NCBI GenBank assembly: GCA_001804285.1
Contig: MHFR01000051.1
Coordinates: 46,926 to 110,925 of the forward strand
Direction: 5' to 3'
DNA: 64,000 nt
From: Candidatus Danuiimicrobium aquiferis
GTDB lineage: Bacteria > Omnitrophota > Omnitrophia > Omnitrophales > Danuiimicrobiaceae
The notes under the pieces were generated by a model. The model had not been told where the DNA came from and did no database searches. It saw only the letters and a program-made list of their open reading frames with translations. Position numbers and translations under genes: made by a program. Below, piece by piece: positions 19,859 to 29,032 of the stretch. The first letter of the stretch is position 1. The number at the start of each line of letters is the position of its first letter.

Positions 19859-19960
19859 TAAGATAAGAGGTCATGCTGCGGGCATTGGAAAATGAGCAAA
19901 CAGTTCATTTGCTTGATTAAATGCCGATATGTTAAGTGGTAATTTTAAAAAGGTTATCCA

Positions 19961-20470
19961 GTGGAACAAAAACAATTTGTTAAAACACTGAATGGTTTGG
20001 CCGGGAATCAAAAGTCCGGATTTACATTAGCCGAACTTTTGGTTGTCACTGTGATTGTTGGAATTTTGGGGATCCTTTCTATTCCGAAGTTTTATGCCCA
20101 AATCGAAAAGGCGAAAATATCTCAGGCTTTGGGTGTTTTATCGGCCATTCAAAAAAACGAGAAAATTTATCGCGCTGAACATGGTTATTACAAAGCATTA
20201 TATGAGATAGCAAGTACCGCAGATTGGGGAGGGATCGGAATGATGGATCCTTCTCCGTTTCTGCTTTCATCGCCCGATGGTGAGTTTAAGTATGAATTCC
20301 GCTTCTTAATGGACTCATATGGATATTTTGCGTTTGCAACACGCACAACGAAAAATGATTATAAAGGATATTCGGGTAAAAGAATTCGGGTTCGGCATTC
20401 TGACGGAAAAGCGGTCTGTAGCGCTGATCAATCTGACCACCCGTTGATTCCATTTTCAGCGTGTTGGTAG
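19961..20470 (+). CDS. Type IV pilin (array copy 1)
   Basis: G|FTLAELLVVTVIVGIL class III signal; C-terminal C..DHPLIP..C. Confidence 0.9.
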   Translation: MEQKQFVKTLNGLAGNQKSGFTLAELLVVTVIVGILGILSIPKFYAQIEKAKISQALGVLSAIQKNEKIYRAEHGYYKALYEIASTADWGGIGMMDPSPFLLSSPDGEFKYEFRFLMDSYGYFAFATRTTKNDYKGYSGKRIRVRHSDGKAVCSADQSDHPLIPFSACW

Positions 20471-20495
20471 ATTTGATAAAATGAGGTGATTGACA

Positions 20496-21002
20496 GTGAA
20501 AAAAAATATATTGTACACCGTATTAAAAAACAAAAAAAAAGCGGTGTCAGGCTTTACACTTGCCGAACTTTTAATTGTTACTGTGATTGTGGGAATTTTA
20601 GGGATTATTTCTATGCCGAAGTTTTATGCCCAAAAGGAAACGGCGAAAATATCGGAAGCTTTAAGTATTTTATCAGCAATTCGTCAAAATGAGCGAGCTT
20701 ATTTTCTTGAAAAGGGCTCTTACAAAATAATAGTTCCTAACGCAAATGCGACAGATTGGGGGGAGATCGGAATGCTGGATCCTTCTCCGGATCCGCCCGC
20801 AGGTGAGTTTGACTATGAATTCAAATCCGGGGAGGAGGGGATATACTATGCGTTCGCAACACGCACGGCAAACAATAATTATATGGGATATGCTGGTAAA
20901 TTCGTTCGGGTTCGGGATAGCGATGGAAAAGCTGTCTGTTCTGCTGATACCGATCACCCTTTGATTTCCGATTCAGCGTGTTTGCAGCCTTGGCCGAGTT
21001 GA
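20496..21002 (+). CDS. Type IV pilin (array copy 2)
   Basis: G|FTLAELL; paralog of copy 1; GTG start 7 nt after RBS GAGGTG. Confidence 0.9.
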   Translation: MKKNILYTVLKNKKKAVSGFTLAELLIVTVIVGILGIISMPKFYAQKETAKISEALSILSAIRQNERAYFLEKGSYKIIVPNANATDWGEIGMLDPSPDPPAGEFDYEFKSGEEGIYYAFATRTANNNYMGYAGKFVRVRDSDGKAVCSADTDHPLISDSACLQPWPS

Positions 21003-21022
21003 TAGAAACGAGGTGAATGACA

Positions 21023-21562
21023 ATGAAAGAAAACATATTGCAGGTTTTGTTGAAAAATAGAAAACAACGACTGTCGGGTTTTACACTTGCCGAACTTCTA
21101 ATCGTCATTGTAATTTTGGGCGTATTGGGAGCGATTGCGCTTCCTAAATATTTTCCGCAATCCGAAAAAAGTCGCCTATCCGAGTCATTTGAAATTTTAG
21201 GTGCCATTCGAAAAGGACAGGAAGCATACCGATTAACAACCCCTGGATTTACTTATTTGAGTATGGGCGATTGCAATAGCCCTGCCAACGCTCCGACTTC
21301 CCAAGGTAATAGTGCCAATGCGAACCAGTGGGCGCGTTTAGGAATGGACCGCCCTGCCGGTCAGTTTTTTGATTTCTGCACGAGAAGTGATTCTCCGTAT
21401 ACCACGTTTGTTGCTTATGCGTACAGAAAATCATCAGGGCCCTTTGGGTCTACTTATGGGACAAAATATGTCGGAATTACACAAACTGGTTTTTTTTGCG
21501 GTGATCATCCATTGATTCCGACTTCAGTTTGCCAAAGCGGTACTTGCAGTGCTTGTCCTTAA
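21023..21562 (+). CDS. Type IV pilin (array copy 3)
   Basis: G|FTLAELLIVIVILGVLGAIALP; Cys-rich tail FCGDHPLIPTSVC..CSAC. Confidence 0.9.
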   Translation: MKENILQVLLKNRKQRLSGFTLAELLIVIVILGVLGAIALPKYFPQSEKSRLSESFEILGAIRKGQEAYRLTTPGFTYLSMGDCNSPANAPTSQGNSANANQWARLGMDRPAGQFFDFCTRSDSPYTTFVAYAYRKSSGPFGSTYGTKYVGITQTGFFCGDHPLIPTSVCQSGTCSACP

Positions 21563-21606
21563 TCTGAGGCTTTGCTTTTTTTGATATTTTAAAGGAAACA
21601 GAGCAA

Positions 21607-22116
21607 ATGAAATATTTTTTAAACGGAACCAATCAAAAACTAAGGCGAACCAATTTATTTTCACCTCGGAGTTTTCACTTTGCCCGCATTTCACATTCCG
21701 GTTTTTCTTTGACAGAACTGCTTATTACCGTGACTGTGCTCGGTATTTTAGCCGCTGTATCGGTTCCTGTTTATTTGAATCACCTGGAAAAAGCGCGCAT
21801 TTCTGAAGCGATTCAATTGTTGAACCGGGTTCACATAGGAAAACAGCAATTTGCGGCTATTAGGGGTGCAACAGCAACAACATGGGCTCAAGTTGGAATG
21901 GCTACCCCCACTCCGGTGCCCCCGTGTTGGAGTTATGCAACTCAAAATATCCCCGGCATAGGAATAGTATTTCGCGCAACTCTTAATAATTCTCAAAGCA
22001 AATATAACGGGAACAACATTATACTTTGTAGAACCGGTAAGTTTTGTGGTACCCATCCCCTCATCCCGGGTTCACTATGTGTCAATTCCAGTTGTTCTGA
22101 TTGTACTGGCTGTTAG
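21607..22116 (+). CDS. Type IV pilin (array copy 4)
   Basis: G|FSLTELL; tail FCGTHPLIPGSLC...CSDC. Confidence 0.88.
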   Translation: MKYFLNGTNQKLRRTNLFSPRSFHFARISHSGFSLTELLITVTVLGILAAVSVPVYLNHLEKARISEAIQLLNRVHIGKQQFAAIRGATATTWAQVGMATPTPVPPCWSYATQNIPGIGIVFRATLNNSQSKYNGNNIILCRTGKFCGTHPLIPGSLCVNSSCSDCTGC

Positions 22117-22340
22117 CCTTCAGAAGGTATGATTGGCATCTGGGCGCATCTTCATAACTCATTTCATATCAATAAGTTACATTACAAATATTTGCATTTA
22201 CCACCTTGTTTTTTCATATAAGTGGGTTATACTTTTAATAGGAGTAGCGGTGTAAGGTTTTTTGAGAAGAACAAATTTTTTTTGCCCACTTTTTTAAGAC
22301 TTTTTTAGAAAGACGAAATTAGGAGAAAGATGAGGAGCTA

Positions 22341-22811
22341 ATGGTGAAGACCGGACAGTGGTTCAGTGAAAAACAGAGATATATAAAAAATGTCGGCGGA
22401 ATGAAGTCTGGATTTTCACTTGTAGAAGTGATTATTAGTATGATGGTCATTGCGATCGTTGCCCTGGGAGCATTTGCTGCTATGAACTATTCTAAAAAAT
22501 CCTCTAAGGATGCTGAAGAAAAAATGATCGCTGTTTCTATCGTTGAGAGAAAACTGAATGAGTTTCGAACTCTCAACGTGTTAGATCTTAACGTCTATAA
22601 CGATTTCCAAAATACAGTAACCCTCGATACCAATACCATCAATGGTGACATTTCATCTTTTCTGAATAATGGGCTCATTCAGGACAGGATTGTGCAGCCA
22701 AATCCCCCAAACGACCCGGCCTATAAAGAGGTGACTGTACAAGTGACATGGCTGGATAGATTGAATTTCTCTCATGAGGTGACTATGACCGTTACTCTTT
22801 TAGCAGCGTAA
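22341..22811 (+). CDS. Minor pilin, PilV/GspI-like
   Basis: G|FSLVEVIISM; KEVTVQVTW strand. Confidence 0.85.
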   Translation: MVKTGQWFSEKQRYIKNVGGMKSGFSLVEVIISMMVIAIVALGAFAAMNYSKKSSKDAEEKMIAVSIVERKLNEFRTLNVLDLNVYNDFQNTVTLDTNTINGDISSFLNNGLIQDRIVQPNPPNDPAYKEVTVQVTWLDRLNFSHEVTMTVTLLAA

Positions 22812-22830
22812 AAGTTTTCTAATTTTAGGT

Positions 22831-23532
22831 TTGAAAGGTATTGAGATGGAACTGATTCATCGCGAAAAAAATAATGAAAGCCGTAAATGCGAAGTGAAAC
22901 CCGCACGGGTTATTAGAAGCTTTCATTTGATGCGGGGGTTTACTCTTCTTGAGCTGATTATCGCGATGATATTCGTCTCCATCATTGTGCTGGGAAGCTC
23001 CGCCCTTCAATTTTCCGTTGTTCAGCAAGCGAACAAAGTCGGACTTGAAATGAGAGTCCGGCAACGGATGGATTTCGTTTTTCGACACATGGAACTCATG
23101 TTGGCCAACGCCACAAATGTGAGCGTTACTTATAGTCCTGCCGTTGAAAGTCCCACAGGGTTCAATACCTCAACCTTGTGTTTTACCTATGCAATAGACG
23201 GTATCAACTATTGTTATAAATATTGGTATAACTATGCGGACACTTATGGGAGTACGTCTAATTCTATTCGCCTTGATTCCCCGACCAGATGGATAACCAT
23301 TCTGTATTCTACCGGTGGTAGCACCCCTGATCAAAAGGCTCAAACACGGATTGTGCCGGGACCGGGGACAAGAGGCTTTGAGTTATCACCAGACAAGAAA
23401 ATTGTTTATGTTAGTTTGAAAGGACAGATTGCTATGGGCAAAGTTAATAAGCTCATAACCATGCCAAGCTCATATCGTTACATTGACATGCCGCCAATAC
23501 GCAAATCGATTTATATGCCGATGTCGTCTTAG
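22831..23532 (+). CDS. Minor pilin, PilW/GspJ-like
   Basis: G|FTLLELIIAM; start may be the ATG at 22846. Confidence 0.83.
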   Translation: MKGIEMELIHREKNNESRKCEVKPARVIRSFHLMRGFTLLELIIAMIFVSIIVLGSSALQFSVVQQANKVGLEMRVRQRMDFVFRHMELMLANATNVSVTYSPAVESPTGFNTSTLCFTYAIDGINYCYKYWYNYADTYGSTSNSIRLDSPTRWITILYSTGGSTPDQKAQTRIVPGPGTRGFELSPDKKIVYVSLKGQIAMGKVNKLITMPSSYRYIDMPPIRKSIYMPMSS

Positions 23533-23551
23533 AAAGGAGATTGAGAACTGT

Positions 23552-26500
23552 ATGGCAAAGGGACAAGAAGTACTCATCAATCAAAATCCGGCAATCATGA
23601 AAGCGCGCTCCAAGCGTAATAGCAGGAATGCTAATACTTTTGGATTTGCTTTATTGTATGCGATTTTCTTGGCGATAGCGGTTGAAATAGGGATTATCGG
23701 AAGTCTGTACACGATGGCCCGGCATCAAAGAGAGGTGCAGACGGATCTCAATAGAGTTCAAATGCGCATGTTGAACGTTTCTGCCGTGAATGAGGTATTG
23801 AGAAATTTTAAAGAATATTTAGGAACACATCCGAATTTTCCGCAACATGATGTCAATTCAGAGGTGCATGATTTTGATAATCCCTTATCCTCTTGGTATA
23901 ACAATGCAAGTACGGGATTTAAAAATCGTTATTCTCATGTATCCGGATTTTTCGATTTAGACTTATCCAATTTAAAAGTTCGGAAAGTTGCGGAGTCCGA
24001 CGGAGGAGGTGTTTGGTGGCGTGAATATGAGATTTCATCGCGTGTTAAGAGCCTATGGGTACCCATGCAATCTGAGATTAAACAAAAAGTTAGAATTTCG
24101 AACGGCAAATTGTTTGATTTTTCTATTTTTTCGAATGTGGATTTAGAAATTCAGGGCGGCCCGAGTTTTGATCTTCAGGGGCCTATTTTTTCTAACGGTA
24201 ATATTTATTTGATGAACAATCCGGGAAGTCTATTAAAACTACTGCGTCCGAGCAACATTGATAGTCCGGAAAGCCGAGAACCCTATATCATGAGAGCTGC
24301 CGGTAACATCTATTTTGGCCAGAATCGGGCCTTTGCGCCTAATTATCTTTTAACTAATGCCGGATATAGCCAGAACGTCCCTTCAGAGTATACGGACCCG
24401 CTGAACAATGGACTGGAAATTAACGTTGCGATGGATTTAAGTTCATATTTACCGGTTTTCCGTTTTGCTCCCTTTATTTACCACTTTAATAATGGAACTA
24501 GTTTTAAAACTGCTTCGGGAGGAACTCCGGGAAATTCTCCCGAAGTTTGTGTGCAAAACAATCAAAATTGCGTATGGGTGGATACCGGCGGAACATTTAC
24601 TAAGCTGGTGCCTTATCATCCCCCAATGAAATCAATTACATGGTTTTATCCGTCGTATGGCTCGAGGTATTACACAGTGGTCGCGGGGTCCCAATATGGA
24701 GAACCGAGTTCTCAAGGTTTTATTTCTATGTCAAATGCGGTTGATATAAATAATTATCCGGGAATTGACCCCGCTTGGACCCCCGCTGCCCCGACAACTT
24801 ATTCACCCCCTGTTAATCCAAGCTGGCAGAATAGTTTATTTAACGGTTCTGGCGGACAATCAGATGTTATTGCTCAAGGAATGCCCACCAGATCGATCCC
24901 AATTGGTGATCCGGTCAATCCAAGTGGTGCGCATTTATTGATAGAACCCATCATGGATTCTGACACAACGGCAATAAAAGAAAGTAAATTTCAACAGAAG
25001 GCAATCGATTTCGGAAGCGGAATCGGCTTTAATATTCATTGTCTTAAATCAGAAATACTAGAACCGATATACGTAGCGATATACGATTGTGCAGACGCTC
25101 AATATATTTCGCCTGATTTCCAAGCCTTGATAGATCTGAATGTGGCCCAGTATCAAAATACAGCTTCATTTTTTGATTTTCGGATAGCGAGTCCCCGAAC
25201 ATATATTTCTATAGATATCAATAAGCTCTTACAATTTTATCCCCAAGCGAAAATGATCTATGTGAGGTTGTTGAATGGTCTTATGGCGCCTTTTTCTAAG
25301 CCCCCCCGAGCGCTTAGGATAATTAATGCCAAGCGCCTTCCCAAAACCGGCCTCACGATTGCAACAAATGGAAGAATTTATATTCAAGGTAACTATAATA
25401 CTTATTTGTATGAAAATGCTGATGGTTCTTCAAGAATGGCAGCCGATGGTACAACACTTTGTCAAGATATTCCGGCTGAAGACAGTGATTCAGGTAATGC
25501 GGCTCCCTGCTATTGTACCGATACGGAATGGGATAATGATGCATGTGCCCCGCCGCCCGCCGCCATTTTTAGCGACAGTTTTGTTGCTTTGTCTTCTAAT
25601 TGGTCTGATACTTATACATCTACTATGCCGCCGGTAGAAGGTCGTCTTGCCTCTGATACGATAATCAATGTCGGAATCGCAACGGGTATCCGCAGATCGC
25701 AACTTCTTAATTCGACTTATTTCTCGACTTCGTGCGTAGCAGATATGAGCAATTGTGAAGCCAATGGTACTTGGCTTAGTCCAGATGATTCAACGACCTA
25801 TTATAGAGGCTCGGATAAGAGCTATTATTATGTGAATAAATGTTCTGGGAAGTATTTAACTGCCTATGCTACTTCTAAGGCTAAAGCGGGTGGTGATACG
25901 ACTTCAACCAAATTGCCTCCGCCGCCCGTAACCGATTTGAACGATCCTGCTCCGGAGTGTGAGGCATACAATGCGAAAACCGCTACTGAAAAATATAATG
26001 CGGACTCTTGGCGATTACCTATTTTCACCGATATGATCCGTCAACCAGGCGGCGAGTATAGTTGGAAAGATCACAAGTCGGACTCCGCACCAGTGCCGGT
26101 GCGGGCGTTTAAAGGAGTTTATTTCCGGAGATTGAATTCTTCGAGAATATTTTTTGATGGCACTATATGTGTTTTATCCGGTCCTTGTCCGGGAGAAAAT
26201 ACTATCTGCCCGGATGGAACAGTTTGTCAAGGAACGCGGGGCATGATAAATAACTCGCGATGTACTCTGGTGAGTGCTGAGACGGGTGCCTATAGCTGTA
26301 ATTCTTGTGAAACACCTCCCGCTTGCACTTGTTATCAGGGACAGGCGTGTGACCCAAATGCGGCTAACTTTGATCCAACGGTCGTGTATGGCGGGGACTA
26401 TTATTACAATTTATATACTGTTGAATATAGCGGCGGGCTTGAAAATGTTGTTAACCTTCAGGAGAATTGGGCGGGAAAATCATTACGATTTTTGGGGACG

Positions 26501-26677
26501 ACGGCAATCACATGGTATGCAGACGGATTGAATAGCTATCCGTACAAGACAAGTTACTATGTGGCACCGAATCGAAAGTTCAGATATAACGGCCAACGAA
26601 TGGTTATGGATCCGCCGCCCGGAACTCCGGGTACGTTTGCGATGATAAAAAAAGAATCGACCGAGAAAATCTATTAG
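23552..26677 (+). CDS. Large PilX/GspK-like minor pilin with Cys-rich inserts
   Basis: G|FALLY signal without Glu5; GPIFSNGNIY, TNGRIYIQGNYN, YSGGLENxxxLQENW, PPPGTP motifs; start at ATG 23552 after AAAGGAG. Confidence 0.75.
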   Translation: MAKGQEVLINQNPAIMKARSKRNSRNANTFGFALLYAIFLAIAVEIGIIGSLYTMARHQREVQTDLNRVQMRMLNVSAVNEVLRNFKEYLGTHPNFPQHDVNSEVHDFDNPLSSWYNNASTGFKNRYSHVSGFFDLDLSNLKVRKVAESDGGGVWWREYEISSRVKSLWVPMQSEIKQKVRISNGKLFDFSIFSNVDLEIQGGPSFDLQGPIFSNGNIYLMNNPGSLLKLLRPSNIDSPESREPYIMRAAGNIYFGQNRAFAPNYLLTNAGYSQNVPSEYTDPLNNGLEINVAMDLSSYLPVFRFAPFIYHFNNGTSFKTASGGTPGNSPEVCVQNNQNCVWVDTGGTFTKLVPYHPPMKSITWFYPSYGSRYYTVVAGSQYGEPSSQGFISMSNAVDINNYPGIDPAWTPAAPTTYSPPVNPSWQNSLFNGSGGQSDVIAQGMPTRSIPIGDPVNPSGAHLLIEPIMDSDTTAIKESKFQQKAIDFGSGIGFNIHCLKSEILEPIYVAIYDCADAQYISPDFQALIDLNVAQYQNTASFFDFRIASPRTYISIDINKLLQFYPQAKMIYVRLLNGLMAPFSKPPRALRIINAKRLPKTGLTIATNGRIYIQGNYNTYLYENADGSSRMAADGTTLCQDIPAEDSDSGNAAPCYCTDTEWDNDACAPPPAAIFSDSFVALSSNWSDTYTSTMPPVEGRLASDTIINVGIATGIRRSQLLNSTYFSTSCVADMSNCEANGTWLSPDDSTTYYRGSDKSYYYVNKCSGKYLTAYATSKAKAGGDTTSTKLPPPPVTDLNDPAPECEAYNAKTATEKYNADSWRLPIFTDMIRQPGGEYSWKDHKSDSAPVPVRAFKGVYFRRLNSSRIFFDGTICVLSGPCPGENTICPDGTVCQGTRGMINNSRCTLVSAETGAYSCNSCETPPACTCYQGQACDPNAANFDPTVVYGGDYYYNLYTVEYSGGLENVVNLQENWAGKSLRFLGTTAITWYADGLNSYPYKTSYYVAPNRKFRYNGQRMVMDPPPGTPGTFAMIKKESTEKIY

Positions 26678-26716
26678 CCCGGATTTCTCATCACTAATGA
26701 GAGATTCCGCTTTGTA
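26674..26716. mobile_element. Truncated left end of MITE family D, overlapping a TAG stop codon
   Basis: ttagcccggatttctcatcactaatgagagattccgc matches the left end of the 39609 copy. Confidence 0.7.
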
Positions 26717-26743
26717 ATGAATTAAGTTAATATGGGCTAACAT

Positions 26744-27289
26744 ATGAAAAATGACGTATTAAAAAAATGCATCAAAAAAAAAGAACATCCCGGCAAAGGC
26801 GTGACGCTCACAGAACTGCTGGTAGTGGTGGTGATCGTGGCCATTGGGTCAAGTATGTTTTTACCAAAAATTGATAAGGGGATTGAGAATCAAAAAGCGC
26901 TCAACGCGCTTAATACCCTTCGAACGATTTCCCAGGCGCGGCGGATGTATGTTATGGAAGTGAGCGGACTTTTGACCACGAACGTGCTGCCATCGGGGAA
27001 CCCTATGTGTGTTGCCGGTACTTCAGCAATTGATGAATTAGTTAACAAGGGGTATTTAGATCGAAATGATTTCGCACCCGGTTTTACTTATACTTTTGGT
27101 AATACTAGTGCCTTTTTTGTCAGCAATAGAGATGTTATCGCAAGAACTCCGGAAGGAAGGCAGATTAGTTTTGAAAGTCAGACATGGTGTGCTGGTAATC
27201 CCGGAGGCATCGGAGGAGATAGCTATATCAAAGATAGTGATGGCTACATTGGCCCCACAACAGGATTAGGCTCCGACCAAGATTACTAA
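26744..27289 (+). CDS. Type IV pilin-like protein (FimU/GspH/PilE-like)
   Basis: G|VTLTELLVVVVIVAIG class III signal. Confidence 0.85.
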   Translation: MKNDVLKKCIKKKEHPGKGVTLTELLVVVVIVAIGSSMFLPKIDKGIENQKALNALNTLRTISQARRMYVMEVSGLLTTNVLPSGNPMCVAGTSAIDELVNKGYLDRNDFAPGFTYTFGNTSAFFVSNRDVIARTPEGRQISFESQTWCAGNPGGIGGDSYIKDSDGYIGPTTGLGSDQDY

Positions 27290-27344
27290 CGAGGGCTGAG
27301 CTACGTCATACGATACCTTTTGTGGACGACGAACCAAATAAAAA

Positions 27345-27417
27345 AGCTGGCGGTCGGAGTCGAACCGACGACCTGCTGTTTACGAAACAGCTGCTCTGCC
27401 AACTGAGCTACACCAGC
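27345..27417 (-). tRNA. tRNA-Thr (CGT)
   Basis: GCTGGTGTAGCTCAGTTGGCAGAGCA-GCTGT-TTCGTAA-ACAGC-AGGTCGTCGGTTCGACTCCGACCGCCAGCT cloverleaf; CCA not encoded. Confidence 0.96.
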
Positions 27418-27603
27418 GAGAAAACTACAATAGAACTAATACCAAGAATATATATATCAAAGTTTTCGAGCAGTCCTTGCTGTGTTTTTTACAGCAAGGG
27501 CAGCGAGAATTTGTAACACTCTCCGTGCTCCGCACTCCGAGTGCTGCTACGCGTTTCGCTCCTAACGAAGTTTGCGAATTATACCAAATATTAAAAAAAT
27601 CAT

Positions 27604-28392
27604 CTACGGTAAAACAAAATGATTCACCGGCCCATAGCCATGCCCGATTTTATCGGCTTTTTCAATGGCCAGCTGAATAAACTTTTTACTCAAATCGATG
27701 GCGGGCTTCAAATCCAAACCTTTCGCCAGATTCGCCGTAATCGCGGCGGAATAGGTACATCCCGTCCCGTGAGTGTTCGTGCTTAGAATTCTGGGTGAAC
27801 GGAAACATTCAAATTCAACCCCATCCCAAAAAAGATCGATTGCGTCGGCTTCTGCGAATTTAAAATGGCCACCCTTGATAAGCACGGCCGACATTCCCAA
27901 CCCTTTAATTTTTTTGGCGGCGGTTTTCATTTCTTCGAAATTTTCTATGGTGTGGCCAGAAAGGCTCTCGGCTTCGTGAATATTGGGAGTGACTAAAGTA
28001 GCCAGCGGGAGCAGTTCTGTTTTTAAGGCATCGATTGAATGTTGATCGAGCAAAGCTTTGTCGTGCTTGCTAATCATAACGGGATCCACCACAAGCGGAA
28101 TGTGTAGGTGCCGGATAGAGTCAGCTACGGCCCTGATAATTGTCTCATTTCCCAGAGCCCCGGTTTTGATTGCGTTAGGCGGGATATCTTCAAGTACCGC
28201 CTCGATTTGGGCTCGTACCATGGACGGTTCTATCAATAAAACATCTTTTACGCGCGTGGTGTTCTGAACCGTCAGGAGTGTAATGGCAGTCATTCCGTAA
28301 ACACCAAACTGGTGAAACGTCTTAAGATCGGCTTGTATCCCTGCCCCGCCGGACGGATCAGAACCGGCAATGGTTAATGCAGTCGGTCTCAT
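27604..28392 (-). CDS. thiD: Hydroxymethylpyrimidine/phosphomethylpyrimidine kinase
   Basis: IAGSDPSGGAGIQADLKT, VVDPVM, TPNxxEA, KGGH, NTHGTGCT. Confidence 0.97.
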   Translation of the reverse strand: MRPTALTIAGSDPSGGAGIQADLKTFHQFGVYGMTAITLLTVQNTTRVKDVLLIEPSMVRAQIEAVLEDIPPNAIKTGALGNETIIRAVADSIRHLHIPLVVDPVMISKHDKALLDQHSIDALKTELLPLATLVTPNIHEAESLSGHTIENFEEMKTAAKKIKGLGMSAVLIKGGHFKFAEADAIDLFWDGVEFECFRSPRILSTNTHGTGCTYSAAITANLAKGLDLKPAIDLSKKFIQLAIEKADKIGHGYGPVNHFVLP

Positions 28393-29003
28393 GTAGGATT
28401 TGTAAGCACAAAAATTGCGTTCAACGCAAACATGTTCGGGAAAAAATTCATTTCCTTTTTGTGGGCTAAATAAAACGATTTTAACACTTTCAGTTTTTTG
28501 TCGTGTGCGTAATCCTGAAAATCCTTAATGCTGAGAAAGTGAAGGTTTGGTGTCGTATACCAATGGTATGGAAGCGACCGTGTAATGGGTACCCGCCCGC
28601 GAAAGAAGATCCGGAAGCGTGCCTTGAAATACGCGAAATTCGGAAACCCGACAATAATTTTTGTTCCGACACGAAGCGCTTCATGAATGACAAATTCAAC
28701 ATTCTTGGTTTCCTGCATGCTCTGGTTCAGGAGCACATAATCGAAGGATTTATCGGGATATCCTTTCAGCCCGACTTCAATATCGCCGTGGAAAACGCTG
28801 ACGCCTTTTTCGACGCATTTATAAATTGCGCCTTCGTTGAGTTCAATCCCCTGGACCTTTGCTTTTCGCTCAACCGCAAGGTGGTAAAGCAAATCGCCGT
28901 CTCCGCAGCCGAGATCCAGGACTCGCGCTTCCGGTTCAATCAAGTCGCAGATGATTTTGTGATCCAACCGCTCGATTTTATGAATCTTTTTTACGCCATC
29001 CAT
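28389..29003 (-). CDS. metW: Methionine biosynthesis protein MetW
   Basis: VLDLGCGDG, GFPNF, WYxTPNLHF; follows metX. Confidence 0.93.
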   Translation of the reverse strand: MDGVKKIHKIERLDHKIICDLIEPEARVLDLGCGDGDLLYHLAVERKAKVQGIELNEGAIYKCVEKGVSVFHGDIEVGLKGYPDKSFDYVLLNQSMQETKNVEFVIHEALRVGTKIIVGFPNFAYFKARFRIFFRGRVPITRSLPYHWYTTPNLHFLSIKDFQDYAHDKKLKVLKSFYLAHKKEMNFFPNMFALNAIFVLTNPT

Positions 29004-29032
29004 AAAAAACTCCTTCCGAAAAAACAGGAAAG

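Noticed and set aside
19702-27417. Integrative island at tRNA-Thr
   Set aside because: No integrase, and no duplicate of the tRNA 3' end was seen near the rpoN side.
27473-27499. Hairpin ccttgctgt-N7-acagcaagg as the thiD terminator
   Set aside because: No U-tract directly after the stem on the minus strand; may be another short repeat, so left uncalled.
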